NCBI GenBank assembly: GCA_963695225.1
Contig: OY968762.1
Location: forward strand, 2,464,001-2,528,000
Direction: 5' to 3'
Length of the DNA stretch: 64,000 bases
DNA from: Vulcanimicrobiota bacterium
GTDB lineage: Bacteria > Vulcanimicrobiota > Vulcanimicrobiia > Vulcanimicrobiales > Vulcanimicrobiaceae
Under the pieces are notes generated by a model, which did no database searches, had not been told where the DNA came from, and saw only the letters and a program-made list of their open reading frames with translations. This document shows positions 9,914-18,472 of the stretch, piece after piece (the first letter of the stretch is position 1; the number at the start of each line of letters is the position of its first letter). A program made the position numbers and the translations under genes.

Positions 9914-10573
9914 TTACTCCGGAAGCGAAAAAGCGACAATAGAGTTCTGTTTGAAATCATTGGTCCAGAAGCGCGCGCCGTCGTGCGCGAGCGAGACGGC
10001 GACGAACGGCGATTGCGCCGCGAGCACGAGCTGCGGCTGCGCGGCGTCGGGTTCGATCCAAGCGATGCGGCTGCCGCCGCGCTGCCGGCCGAACCAGAGC
10101 GCGAGATAGAGACGCGAGCCGAGCCGGCAGAAACCGGTGATCTCCTCGCCGATCGCGATCTCGCGGATCGGGCGGTAGGCGCCGTCGAGTTCGAGGATGA
10201 GATGCTTGTAGCGCTGGCTGAGCCAGAGATGGGCGCCGTCGAAAGCGAGGAACGAGCCCGTGTCGCCGGGACACGGGACGGCCTCGCTCGACTTGAAGCC
10301 GTGCCCCGGGATGAAGCGGCGAATGAAACGCGAGTCGCCTTCCTCGCTGCAGACGACGCGCAGCTCGTCGCCGAGACAGGTCGCGCCGACGGGCTTCCCG
10401 GGGGCGCCCCATTCCTCGAGGATCCTGCCCTGGTGCGGATCCAGGCCATAAAAACGGCTCGTTTCCCACGAGCCGAGCCACAACCGCTCTCCGTCGCAAG
10501 CCAGCGCTTGCGGCGCCGGCGCCGGGGACGGGATCCGAACGATCTCCGTCAGCTCGCCGAGGACGGTTTCCAT
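9914..10573 (-). CDS. Hypothetical beta-propeller-like protein (paralog 2)
   Basis: Shares PSPAPAPQALACDG, PGKP.GA, GDELRV, GHGFK, TGS.L..DG, FWTND with paralog 1. Confidence 0.75.
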   Translation of the reverse strand: METVLGELTEIVRIPSPAPAPQALACDGERLWLGSWETSRFYGLDPHQGRILEEWGAPGKPVGATCLGDELRVVCSEEGDSRFIRRFIPGHGFKSSEAVPCPGDTGSFLAFDGAHLWLSQRYKHLILELDGAYRPIREIAIGEEITGFCRLGSRLYLALWFGRQRGGSRIAWIEPDAAQPQLVLAAQSPFVAVSLAHDGARFWTNDFKQNSIVAFSLPE

Positions 10574-10657
10574 GGGAGGGACTTCGCGGAGAAGGTTGTG
10601 GAGAACCTACTTTTCACGCCGGGTTCCCGCCACCGGCAGCGAATTTCTCTCCAGCTC

Positions 10658-11770
10658 ATGGCAAAATTCGCGTTCGTGATCCATCCGCTCTCGCTCGAAG
10701 ACGTCGTCCGGTACGAGCCGAAAGCCGCCGGCAAGGGGCGTCCGATCATCGAGAAGATCCTCGAATGGATGCCCGCCTACGCTGCCGCCCACATCACCGG
10801 CGTGCGGACGCCCGACGGGCGCGAGACCGAAGGCTGGTTCGTCGCGGCGACGTTCATGCCGGAGCAGATGTTGAGTCTGCCGCGCGAGCAGGTCTACGGG
10901 AAGATCTCGAAGGCGATCGAGGTGGGAGCGCAACTCGGAGCCGAGATCGTCGGCCTCGGCGCGTTCACCGGCGTCGTCGGCGACGCCGGGGTGACGCTCG
11001 CGGAGCGCTCGCCGATCGCGGTGACGACGGGGAATTCGCTCACGATCGCGGCGGGCGTCCAGAGCCTATTGCGCGGCGCGCGCGAGATGGAAATCGAGCC
11101 TGCGGGCGCGACCGCCGTCGTGATCGGCGCGACCGGTTCGATCGGCTCCGCCTGCGTGGAATTGATCGCGCCGCACGTCGGGCACATCGTCCTGGTCGCG
11201 CGGAACATGACGCGCCTGCGCGCGTTCCACGAATCGATTCGCGAGAGCTTGCCGTGCGGTTCGTCGATCTCGACGGACGTGCACGAGGCCGTCCCGCGCG
11301 GCAGCCTGATCCTGACCGCGACCTCCTCGACGCAGGAGCTGATCGAGCCGGCGGACCTGCAGACGGGTGCCGTCGTCTGCGAGCTTTCGCTTCCGCATGA
11401 CGTCGGGCGGCGCGTCGCGATCGAGCGGCCGGACGTCCTCGTGATCGAGGGCGGGAACATGCACGTTCCCGGCGATCCCCGCTTCATGCGGGTGCGCGAG
11501 CCCGACTCGCCGTTCGATCTCGGCCTGCCCCCCGCGACGGCGCTCGCCTGCATGTCGGAGACGATGGTCCTCGCCCTCGAGGATAAAGTGCAAACCCATT
11601 ACACGCTCGGGCGCGGGATCGATCTCGCGAAGGTCCGCGAGATCGAAGGGATGGCGGCGCGCGCCGGCTTCACGCTCGCCGATATGCGCGCCTTCGACGT
11701 CGCCATCACGCCGGAACAGATTGCCGCCAAGCGCGCCGCCGCGCGCGAACGGAGGAGCGCTCTCGTATGA
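10658..11770 (+). CDS. Acyl-ACP/thioester-reductase-like NAD(P)-dependent oxidoreductase
   Basis: ATG at 10658 (MAKFAFVIHP); LGAFTGVV, TTGNSLT, Rossmann VIGATGSIG, ACMSETMVLALE. Confidence 0.8.
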   Translation: MAKFAFVIHPLSLEDVVRYEPKAAGKGRPIIEKILEWMPAYAAAHITGVRTPDGRETEGWFVAATFMPEQMLSLPREQVYGKISKAIEVGAQLGAEIVGLGAFTGVVGDAGVTLAERSPIAVTTGNSLTIAAGVQSLLRGAREMEIEPAGATAVVIGATGSIGSACVELIAPHVGHIVLVARNMTRLRAFHESIRESLPCGSSISTDVHEAVPRGSLILTATSSTQELIEPADLQTGAVVCELSLPHDVGRRVAIERPDVLVIEGGNMHVPGDPRFMRVREPDSPFDLGLPPATALACMSETMVLALEDKVQTHYTLGRGIDLAKVREIEGMAARAGFTLADMRAFDVAITPEQIAAKRAAARERRSALV

Positions 11771-12693
11771 AGACGGTCGTCTCCGTCTCGCTCGGCTCCT
11801 CCTCGCGGGATCACCGCGCGCAGGTGGAGCTGCTCGGCGAGCAGTTCGACATCTCGCGCATCGGCATGGACGGCTCGATCGATCGGGCGATCGCGAAGCT
11901 GCGCGAGCTCGATGGGCACGTCGACGCGATCGGCCTCGGCGGGATCGACGTGTACCTCTACGCCGGGAACAAGCGCTATGCGCTGCGCGACGGCTTGCGT
12001 CTGCTCGACGCGGTGAAGACGACGCCCGCGGTGGACGGCAGCGGCCTCAAGAATACGCTCGAGCGCGAAGCGGTGCGCTTCGTGCGCGACGAGCTCGGGA
12101 TCCGGCTCGCAGGAACGAAGGTGCTGATGGTCAGCGCGCTCGACCGTTTCGGAATGGCGCAGGCGCTCGTCGACGCGGGCGCCGACGTGCTCTTCGGCGA
12201 CTTCATCTTCGCGCTCGATCTCGATAAGCCGGTCCGCGGCCTCGCCGAATTCGAGGCGCTCGCGGAAAAATATCTGCCCGATGCGTGCAAGCTGCCGTTT
12301 CAGTTCTTCTACCCGACGGGGAAGAAGCAAGACCGTCCGCCGCAGCCCAAGTACCCGCAGTATTACGAAGAGGCGGAACTGATCGCGGGCGACTTCCATT
12401 TCATGCGGCAGTTCATGCCGGCGCGGCTCGACGGCAAGACGTTGCTGACGAACACGGTCACGCAGGCCGATATCGACGATCTGGCGGCGCGCGGCGTCGC
12501 GCGCCTCGTCACGACGACCCCGGATTTCGGCGGCCGCTCGTTCGGGACGAACGTGGTCGAGGCGGCGCTCGTCGCGCTGCTCGGCAAGCGCTGGGAAGAG
12601 GTCGAGGAGGGCGACTACGAGCGGCTCCTCGGCAAGCTGCACCTCCATCCGCGCGTCGTCGAGCTGAACGCGGCGGACCCTGCGCGATCCTGA
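11767..12693 (+). CDS. Conserved protein of unknown function (family often labelled quinate 5-dehydrogenase)
   Basis: Coupled to upstream gene (ATGA); VVSVSLGSSSRDH, DAIGLGG, VDGSGLK, GRSFGTNVVEA. Confidence 0.72.
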   Translation: MKTVVSVSLGSSSRDHRAQVELLGEQFDISRIGMDGSIDRAIAKLRELDGHVDAIGLGGIDVYLYAGNKRYALRDGLRLLDAVKTTPAVDGSGLKNTLEREAVRFVRDELGIRLAGTKVLMVSALDRFGMAQALVDAGADVLFGDFIFALDLDKPVRGLAEFEALAEKYLPDACKLPFQFFYPTGKKQDRPPQPKYPQYYEEAELIAGDFHFMRQFMPARLDGKTLLTNTVTQADIDDLAARGVARLVTTTPDFGGRSFGTNVVEAALVALLGKRWEEVEEGDYERLLGKLHLHPRVVELNAADPARS

Positions 12694-12765
12694 GGTGGGC
12701 GCGGCCGCCTCGACAGCCTCGCCGCCGCCGTAGGGACGATCGCCCTCGCTCCCTAACCCGTTAGG

Positions 12766-14067
12766 ATGAACACGACCGCTTCTCGCACCGCCGATTTGCT
12801 CGAACGCCGCCGGGCCGCCGTCGCCCGCGGGCTCTCGACGCTCCACGACATCGTCGCCGACACCGCTTGCGGAGCCGTCATCCGCGACGTCGAAGGTCGT
12901 GAGTTCATCGATTTCATCGGCGGGATCGGGGTCCTCAATCTCGGGCACGCCCATCCGCGGATCGTCGCCGCCGTCAAGGCGCAAGCCGAGCGCTTCACGC
13001 ACACCTCGTTCCAAATTCTCGTCTACGAGGGATACGTCGAGCTCGCCGAGCGGCTCTGCGCGATCGCGCCGGGCGACTTTCCGAAGAAGGCATTCTTCGT
13101 CTCGACGGGCGCCGAGGCGGTCGAAAACGCCGTCAAGATCGCTCGCGGTTATACGAAACGGACCGGCGTCATCACGTTCCGGCACGGGTATCACGGACGC
13201 TCGCTCCTGACGCTCGCGATGACCGGGAAGGTGCAGCCGTACAAGCAGCCGTCGTTCGGTCCCTATCCGAGCGACGTCTATCAGAGCGGTTTTCCGAGCG
13301 CGCTGCACGGCATCTCGACCGAGGCCGCGCTGGCGGAGCTGAACGATCTCTTCGGCGCGCAGATCCCTCCCGAGCGCGTCGCCGCGATCGTCGTCGAGCC
13401 GGTGCAGGGCGAGGGCGGGTTCGTTCCGGCGCCTGCGGAGTTCTTGCGCGCGCTTCGGGCGATTGCCGACAAGCACGGCATCGTGCTCGTCTTCGACGAG
13501 ATCCAAAGCGGCTTCGGCCGCACCTCGAAGATGTTCGCGAGCGAGCACACGGGCGTCGTTCCCGATCTGATGACCGTCGCGAAGAGCCTCGCCGGCGGGC
13601 TCCCGCTCGCGGGCGTCGTCGGCCGCGCCGAGATCATGGACGGCCCCGAGCCGGGCGGCCTCGGCGGCACGTACGCCGGGAACCCGCTCGCCTGCGCCGC
13701 GGCGCTCGCCACGCTCGACGCCTTCGAGCAGGAGCACATCCTCGAACGCGCCGCCGAACTCGGGACGCGTCTGCGCGCGGCGCTCGATGCGCTCGCGGCG
13801 GCGCATCCGCAGATCGCCGAAGTGCGCGGGCTCGGCGCGATGCTCGCGTTCGAACTCGCCGACCTCCCCGGCCGCCCGGGGAGCGGCACCGCCGCCACGA
13901 ACCGGATCGTCGCCGACGCCCGCGAGCGAGGGCTCCTGATCATGACGGCTGGTAACGGCAACATCGTCCGCATCCTCGTCCCCCTCGTCATCGAACCCGC
14001 GCAACTAGATCGAGCCCTCGCAATCCTCGCCGAAAGCGTCGAAGCCGCCCTCGCAAGCGGCGCCTAA
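12766..14067 (+). CDS. gabT: 4-aminobutyrate--2-oxoglutarate transaminase
   Basis: DFIGGIGVLNLGH, TGAEAVENAVKIAR, EPVQGEGGF, DEIQSGFGRT, GGLGGTYAGNP. Confidence 0.9.
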   Translation: MNTTASRTADLLERRRAAVARGLSTLHDIVADTACGAVIRDVEGREFIDFIGGIGVLNLGHAHPRIVAAVKAQAERFTHTSFQILVYEGYVELAERLCAIAPGDFPKKAFFVSTGAEAVENAVKIARGYTKRTGVITFRHGYHGRSLLTLAMTGKVQPYKQPSFGPYPSDVYQSGFPSALHGISTEAALAELNDLFGAQIPPERVAAIVVEPVQGEGGFVPAPAEFLRALRAIADKHGIVLVFDEIQSGFGRTSKMFASEHTGVVPDLMTVAKSLAGGLPLAGVVGRAEIMDGPEPGGLGGTYAGNPLACAAALATLDAFEQEHILERAAELGTRLRAALDALAAAHPQIAEVRGLGAMLAFELADLPGRPGSGTAATNRIVADARERGLLIMTAGNGNIVRILVPLVIEPAQLDRALAILAESVEAALASGA

Positions 14068-14106
14068 CCGCCCGCCATCCCGAGCAGTCGAAGGGCCTAT
14101 CAGGTA

Positions 14107-14257
14107 GCGGGCGGGGTAGGGCGACGGTCTCCCGCGGGGCGTGCAGCTTGCCCGCGGAGCCAGGATGGCGGGAGCGGGCAAGTGCACGAGTAGCGATTTC
14201 GCACGGATGCGAAATCGCGGGCGTCCCCGTGGGAGACCGTCGCCCTACCCCGCCCGC
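14107..14257. repeat. Palindromic REP/MITE-like element: perfect 27 bp terminal inverted repeat enclosing two hairpins
   Basis: 14107-14133 is the exact reverse complement of 14231-14257; inner stems at 14141-14187 and 14193-14218. Confidence 0.85.
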
Positions 14258-14474
14258 GGGCCTCGCGATCAGCCTCAACTCAGGAAGCTCACCCTTCGAC
14301 GGACTCACGGTGATACTGGGCTGGTCTGAGCAGGCAGGGTCAAGATTGGTAGGCGCGCGTCCGATATTTCGGTGAAGCCCCGGCGGCGAAGGGGTCCGGA
14401 GGGACCTTGGTCGAACGACCGGGGCTGACGCGGGGGGTCTCGCGTCTTTCCCTATTTCAGACTGAGGGCGATTC

Positions 14475-14981
14475 GTGAACGACAAAGAGACTGTGCTGAC
14501 CCGCGAGGGTCTGCAGAAGCTCGAATTGGAGCTGGAAGATCTCAAGACCGTCCATCGGAAAGAAGTCAACGACCGGATCCGTCAAGCCAAAGAATTCGGC
14601 GATATCTCGGAAAACGCCGAGTACGAGGATGCCAAACAGGAGCAGGCCTTCGTCGAAGGGCGGATCATGAAAGTCGAAGCGATGATTCGCAACGCGCGGA
14701 TCATCGACATCAGCGACGCGGTTTCCGATGTCGTCCATCTCGGCGCGACGGTCAAGGTCAAAGACGTGAAGGCCGGCCAGTCGTATGAGTTCACGATCGT
14801 GGGTTCCACCGAAGCGGATCCCGTGCGCCAGCGCCTTTCGAACGAATCGCCGCTCGGCCGCTCGCTGCTCGGCCACAAGAAGGGCGAGAGCGTCGAGGTG
14901 ACCACGCCGCGCGGCGTCGTCACGTATAAGATTGAAGGGATCAACGCGAAGAAGAAGGCGCCGGCAAAGAAAGCTTCGTAA
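14475..14981 (+). CDS. greA: Transcription elongation factor GreA
   Basis: GDISENAEYEDAKQEQ, IVGSTEADP, SNESPLG. Confidence 0.97.
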   Translation: MNDKETVLTREGLQKLELELEDLKTVHRKEVNDRIRQAKEFGDISENAEYEDAKQEQAFVEGRIMKVEAMIRNARIIDISDAVSDVVHLGATVKVKDVKAGQSYEFTIVGSTEADPVRQRLSNESPLGRSLLGHKKGESVEVTTPRGVVTYKIEGINAKKKAPAKKAS

Positions 14982-14991
14982 CGACCCCCGA

Positions 14992-16488
14992 GTGGAACAC
15001 TCGGACGATCTCGGAAAACGTGAAGTCGAACTGCGAGCGGCCAGGCGGGCGAACCTGGCCGCTTTGCGCGCACGGGGGCTGGACCCGTTCGCCCAGACGC
15101 GCTACGAGGTGACGGCGCACGCGAGCGACCTGCTCGCGCGTTACGCCGAACTCGGCGCGGAGGCGCCGCCGCAAACCGAGCGGCATCGCTTGGGCGGGCG
15201 CCTCCTCGGGATCCGCAAGATGGGGAAAGGCGCGTTCTGGGCCGACCTCTGGGACCGCACCGGCCGCATGCAGATCTACGTCCGCGAGGACGCGGTCGGC
15301 GCCCAAGCGCTGGCCGCCTTCGATACGCTCGATCTCGGCGACGTGATCGGCGTCGACGGGACCGTCTTTCGTTCGAAGAAGGGCGATCTGACGTTGCGCG
15401 TCGCGTCCCTCGAGGTGCTCTCGAAATCGATCTCGCCGCTTCCGAACACGTTCCACGGGCTCACGGACGTCGAGCAGCGCTACCGGCGCCGCTACCTCGA
15501 CCTGCTGATGAACGAGGACGTCCGCGAAGTCTTCATGCAGCGCAGCCGCATCCTAGCGGAGATGCGGCGCTTCATCGACGCGAAGGGCTTCTTCGAATGC
15601 GAGACGGCGACGCTCTTGCACGTCGCCGGCGGGGCCGCGGCGCGGCCGTTCCGCACCCACATGAACGCGCTCGACATCCCGCTCGATCTGAGGATCGCGA
15701 CCGAGCTCAACCTCAAGCGGTTGATCGTGGGAGGCCTCGAGCGGGTTTACGAGATCGGCCGCGTGTTCCGCAACGAGGGGATCGATACGACCCACAACCC
15801 CGAATTCACGATGCTCGAGTTGTACGCGGCGTTCTGGTCGGTCCACGAGATGATGGACTTCAACGAAGAGCTGCTCGCGCATCTTGTGCAGCACGTCCGC
15901 GGGACGCACGAGCTCTCGTACGGCGAGGCGCGGATCTCGTTCGCGCGGCCGTTTGCGCGCATCGCGTACTTCGATGCGATGCGCGAGTTCGGCGGCCTCG
16001 AACGCGCCGAGTTGCTCGACGCCCAGGGTGCCGCGCGCATCCTCGCCGCGCTGGGCCTGCCGCCCTCGCCGACGCACGCGCACGCGCTCGACAAGATCTT
16101 CGGCGCGGTCGTCGAGCCCAGGCTCGTGCAGCCGACCTTCGTCTACGACTACCCCGTCGAGATCTCGCCGCTCGCCAAGCGCAAGGCCGGAGATCCGCTC
16201 CTGGCCGATCGCTACGAACTCTTCGCGGCGAATTTCGAGATCGCGAACGCCTTCACGGAACTCAACGATCCCGACGATCAGCGCGCGCGCTTTGAGGCGC
16301 AGATCGCCGAGCGCGCGAAGGGCGACGTCGAGGTCCCCGCTCCGGATTGGGACTTCGTCGCGGCGCTCGAATACGGGATGCCGCCGACCGCCGGGATCGG
16401 CATCGGGATCGACCGGCTCGTGATGCTCCTGACCAACAACCAGTCGATCCGCGAAGTGATCCTCTTCCCGTTGCAGCGGCCGCTCTGA
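14992..16488 (+). CDS. lysS: Lysine--tRNA ligase (class II)
   Basis: GGAAARPF, LRIATEL, FRNEGIDTTHNPEFT, YGMPPTAGIGIGIDRL; start set to GTG 14992. Confidence 0.97.
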   Translation: MEHSDDLGKREVELRAARRANLAALRARGLDPFAQTRYEVTAHASDLLARYAELGAEAPPQTERHRLGGRLLGIRKMGKGAFWADLWDRTGRMQIYVREDAVGAQALAAFDTLDLGDVIGVDGTVFRSKKGDLTLRVASLEVLSKSISPLPNTFHGLTDVEQRYRRRYLDLLMNEDVREVFMQRSRILAEMRRFIDAKGFFECETATLLHVAGGAAARPFRTHMNALDIPLDLRIATELNLKRLIVGGLERVYEIGRVFRNEGIDTTHNPEFTMLELYAAFWSVHEMMDFNEELLAHLVQHVRGTHELSYGEARISFARPFARIAYFDAMREFGGLERAELLDAQGAARILAALGLPPSPTHAHALDKIFGAVVEPRLVQPTFVYDYPVEISPLAKRKAGDPLLADRYELFAANFEIANAFTELNDPDDQRARFEAQIAERAKGDVEVPAPDWDFVAALEYGMPPTAGIGIGIDRLVMLLTNNQSIREVILFPLQRPL

Positions 16489-16515
16489 TGCGCTTCGCCG
16501 GCGGCGCGGGACGCG

Positions 16516-17310
16516 GTGCCTGACGAGGCGACGTATCGGGTCGTCGTCGAGTACGACGGCACCGATTTCTGCGGTTTCCAGTTTCAGCCGCAGGTTCGGA
16601 CGGTCGCGGGGACACTCGAAAGCACGTTCTCGCGGCTCTTCGACCAGCCGGTCAAGGTCTCGTGCGCCGGGCGCACGGATGCAGGCGTCCACGCGGTCGC
16701 GCAAGTCGTCTCGTTTCGCGCGCACGCTCGTTTCCCGATCGAGAAGTTCGGTCTCGCGGCGAACAGTTCTCTCCCGTGGGATCTGAGCGTGCGCGAAGCC
16801 GCCCGCGTGGCGGCCGGTTTCGACGCGCGCGCCGCCGCGCTCGAGCGGCGGTACACCTACGTCGTGCTCAACCGCCAGGCGCCGTCGGCCGTCTTGCGCC
16901 GCTTCACGCATTTCGAGCACCGCTCCCTCGACCTCGAGCTCATGCGGAGCGCCGCTGCGCCGCTCGTCGGCGAGCACGACTTCGTCTCGTTCTGCGGCGT
17001 GCTCCCCGAACGAGGCGGGACGGTCCGGACGCTTTACGCCGTCGAGATCGAGCGGCGCGGCGATCTCGTCCGCCTGCATTTCAGCGCCGCCGGCTTTCTG
17101 CACCGCATGGTGCGCACGATCGCCGGAACGCTGCTGGAGGTCGGATCGGGGCGGCGCGAACCGGGCGCAATGGAGGGGATCTTGGCCGCACGGGACCGGC
17201 GCGCGGCGGGCTTCACGGCGCCCGCGCAGGGCCTCTTCTTCGTCGGCGTGCGCTACGCGGATTTCGATTCCGGACTCGGCGCCGGGACCTTCGCGAGCGT
17301 CCTCGCGTGA
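16516..17310 (+). CDS. truA: tRNA pseudouridine(38-40) synthase
   Basis: YDGTDFCGFQ, AGRTDAGVHA, GEHDF, FLHRMVR, TAPAQGL. Confidence 0.96.
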   Translation: MPDEATYRVVVEYDGTDFCGFQFQPQVRTVAGTLESTFSRLFDQPVKVSCAGRTDAGVHAVAQVVSFRAHARFPIEKFGLAANSSLPWDLSVREAARVAAGFDARAAALERRYTYVVLNRQAPSAVLRRFTHFEHRSLDLELMRSAAAPLVGEHDFVSFCGVLPERGGTVRTLYAVEIERRGDLVRLHFSAAGFLHRMVRTIAGTLLEVGSGRREPGAMEGILAARDRRAAGFTAPAQGLFFVGVRYADFDSGLGAGTFASVLA

Positions 17311-17326
17311 GCGGCGCGCGCGGCCG

Positions 17327-17692
17327 CTAGGCCTCGTCGTAGCGGTTGACGAGGATCCGGATATCCTTCGCCTTCACGCTGCGCAGGAACGTAATGCTGA
17401 CGTGCTGCGTCCCGAACGCGAAGGGAAATCTGAAGTCGAATGATTCGGCGCCGTCTCCCGGCTCCGCGGCGAACCTTTCGAAGCGTCCTTGGAACCCTTG
17501 CACCGCGGTGCACGGCGCGACGTCGCGGAAGAAGTTGCGTCCGATGACTCGCTCCTTCGGGAGGCGCGACAGCCTCGATTCGTAACTGTTATATTGTTCG
17601 ATCGTGCCTTCGTGGTCGACGACGATCAGGCCGAACGGGAGATCGTCGATCTCGGTTTCGGGGAGATCGAATATCGCTTGAGGGTCGTGCAT
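17327..17692 (-). CDS. Photoactive yellow protein (PYP)-like PAS protein
   Basis: DDLPFGLI, QYNSYE, VIGRNFFRDVAPCT correspond to PYP LAFGAI, QYNAAE, VIGKNFFKDVAPCT. Confidence 0.82.
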   Translation of the reverse strand: MHDPQAIFDLPETEIDDLPFGLIVVDHEGTIEQYNSYESRLSRLPKERVIGRNFFRDVAPCTAVQGFQGRFERFAAEPGDGAESFDFRFPFAFGTQHVSITFLRSVKAKDIRILVNRYDEA

Positions 17693-17699
17693 GACGCCG

Positions 17700-17715
17700 C
17701 GTGAACGTTATCGCA
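17700..17715. promoter_or_regulatory. CRP-box-like site between the pyp-like and crp-like genes
   Basis: CGTGA-ACGTTA-TCGCA versus consensus TGTGA-N6-TCACA (8 of 10 positions). Confidence 0.5.
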
Positions 17716-17731
17716 AAGGCCGTAAACTACC

Positions 17732-18391
17732 TTGAGTCCGCAATCTCCGTCCAGGCATCTCGCGCCGGACGACCTCGACCGGCTTGCCGCGGAAGGGCGG
17801 ATCGAACGCATCGCGCGGCGCGGGATCGTCCCGCTCGACGGGCCCACGGTCGCGGTCGTCATGGACGGCTATTTTCGCATTTTTCGGCACTCCGCATTCG
17901 CACACGACGTAACGCTCGGACTCGCCTCGAAGGGAGACGTGCTGGCGGGATCGGCGGTGTTCGGCGGCCATTCCGCCGAGAGCGGGGCCGAAGCGCTCTC
18001 CGAAGGCCACGTGCTGCTGATCGCGCCCGACCGCTTCGCGGCACGGGCCGCCGAGGAGCCGGACCTCTATTTGAAGATGGCGTATTCGCTCGGCCGGCGG
18101 GTCAGCCGCCTCCAGCAACGCATCTCGAGCCTCGGCCGGGTCGGCGTCGAGGGACGCATCGCCGCCGGGCTGCTCGAACTCGCCGACGCCTTCGGGCGCC
18201 CCGTGCCCGGCGGCATCCGGCTCGATCTCCCGCTCTCCCAGGACGATCTGGCCCGCCTGGCGGGGACGACGCGCGAGACGTGCTCCTCGATCGTGGCGGA
18301 GTTCGCGCGGCGCGGGCTCGTCCGCGGCGGGCGCCTACGCGGCCTCACCCTGGTCGACCTAGAGGGGCTCGCCGCCCTCGCGGCCATTTGA
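17732..18391 (+). CDS. Crp/Fnr family transcriptional regulator
   Basis: cNMP-binding-like beta barrel, then VEGRIAAGLLEL and HTH LSQDDLARLAGTTRETCS. Confidence 0.9.
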   Translation: MSPQSPSRHLAPDDLDRLAAEGRIERIARRGIVPLDGPTVAVVMDGYFRIFRHSAFAHDVTLGLASKGDVLAGSAVFGGHSAESGAEALSEGHVLLIAPDRFAARAAEEPDLYLKMAYSLGRRVSRLQQRISSLGRVGVEGRIAAGLLELADAFGRPVPGGIRLDLPLSQDDLARLAGTTRETCSSIVAEFARRGLVRGGRLRGLTLVDLEGLAALAAI

Positions 18392-18416
18392 CATCCTGGG
18401 CGGCATCGCGTAATAT
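18388..18416 (+). promoter_or_regulatory. Sigma70-type promoter of rplM-rpsI
   Basis: TTGACA-17 bp-TAATAT. Confidence 0.78.
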
Positions 18417-18472
18417 TCGATGGTTGTCGGCCCCTCCGGGGGCCCGTTCTTTCTCGTCCATACAAGGCTCGC

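Noticed and set aside
9635..10657. N-terminal extension of the 711 aa ORF, and similar extensions at 477, 7179, 7415, 29192, 29694 and 34508
   Set aside because: They overlap other real genes; family motifs begin at the downstream starts used here, so these are not true fusions.
11599..14004. 801 aa minus-strand ORF and many similar long antisense ORFs (e.g. 50653-52785, 26890-28722, 21177-23363)
   Set aside because: They lie opposite well-supported genes, are Arg/Ala-rich without motifs, and are expected in high-GC DNA.
14070..14470. Possible 6S RNA, RNase P RNA, SRP RNA or tRNA in the gabT-greA gap
   Set aside because: No recognisable conserved motifs of those RNAs; the perfect long stem fits a repeat element better.
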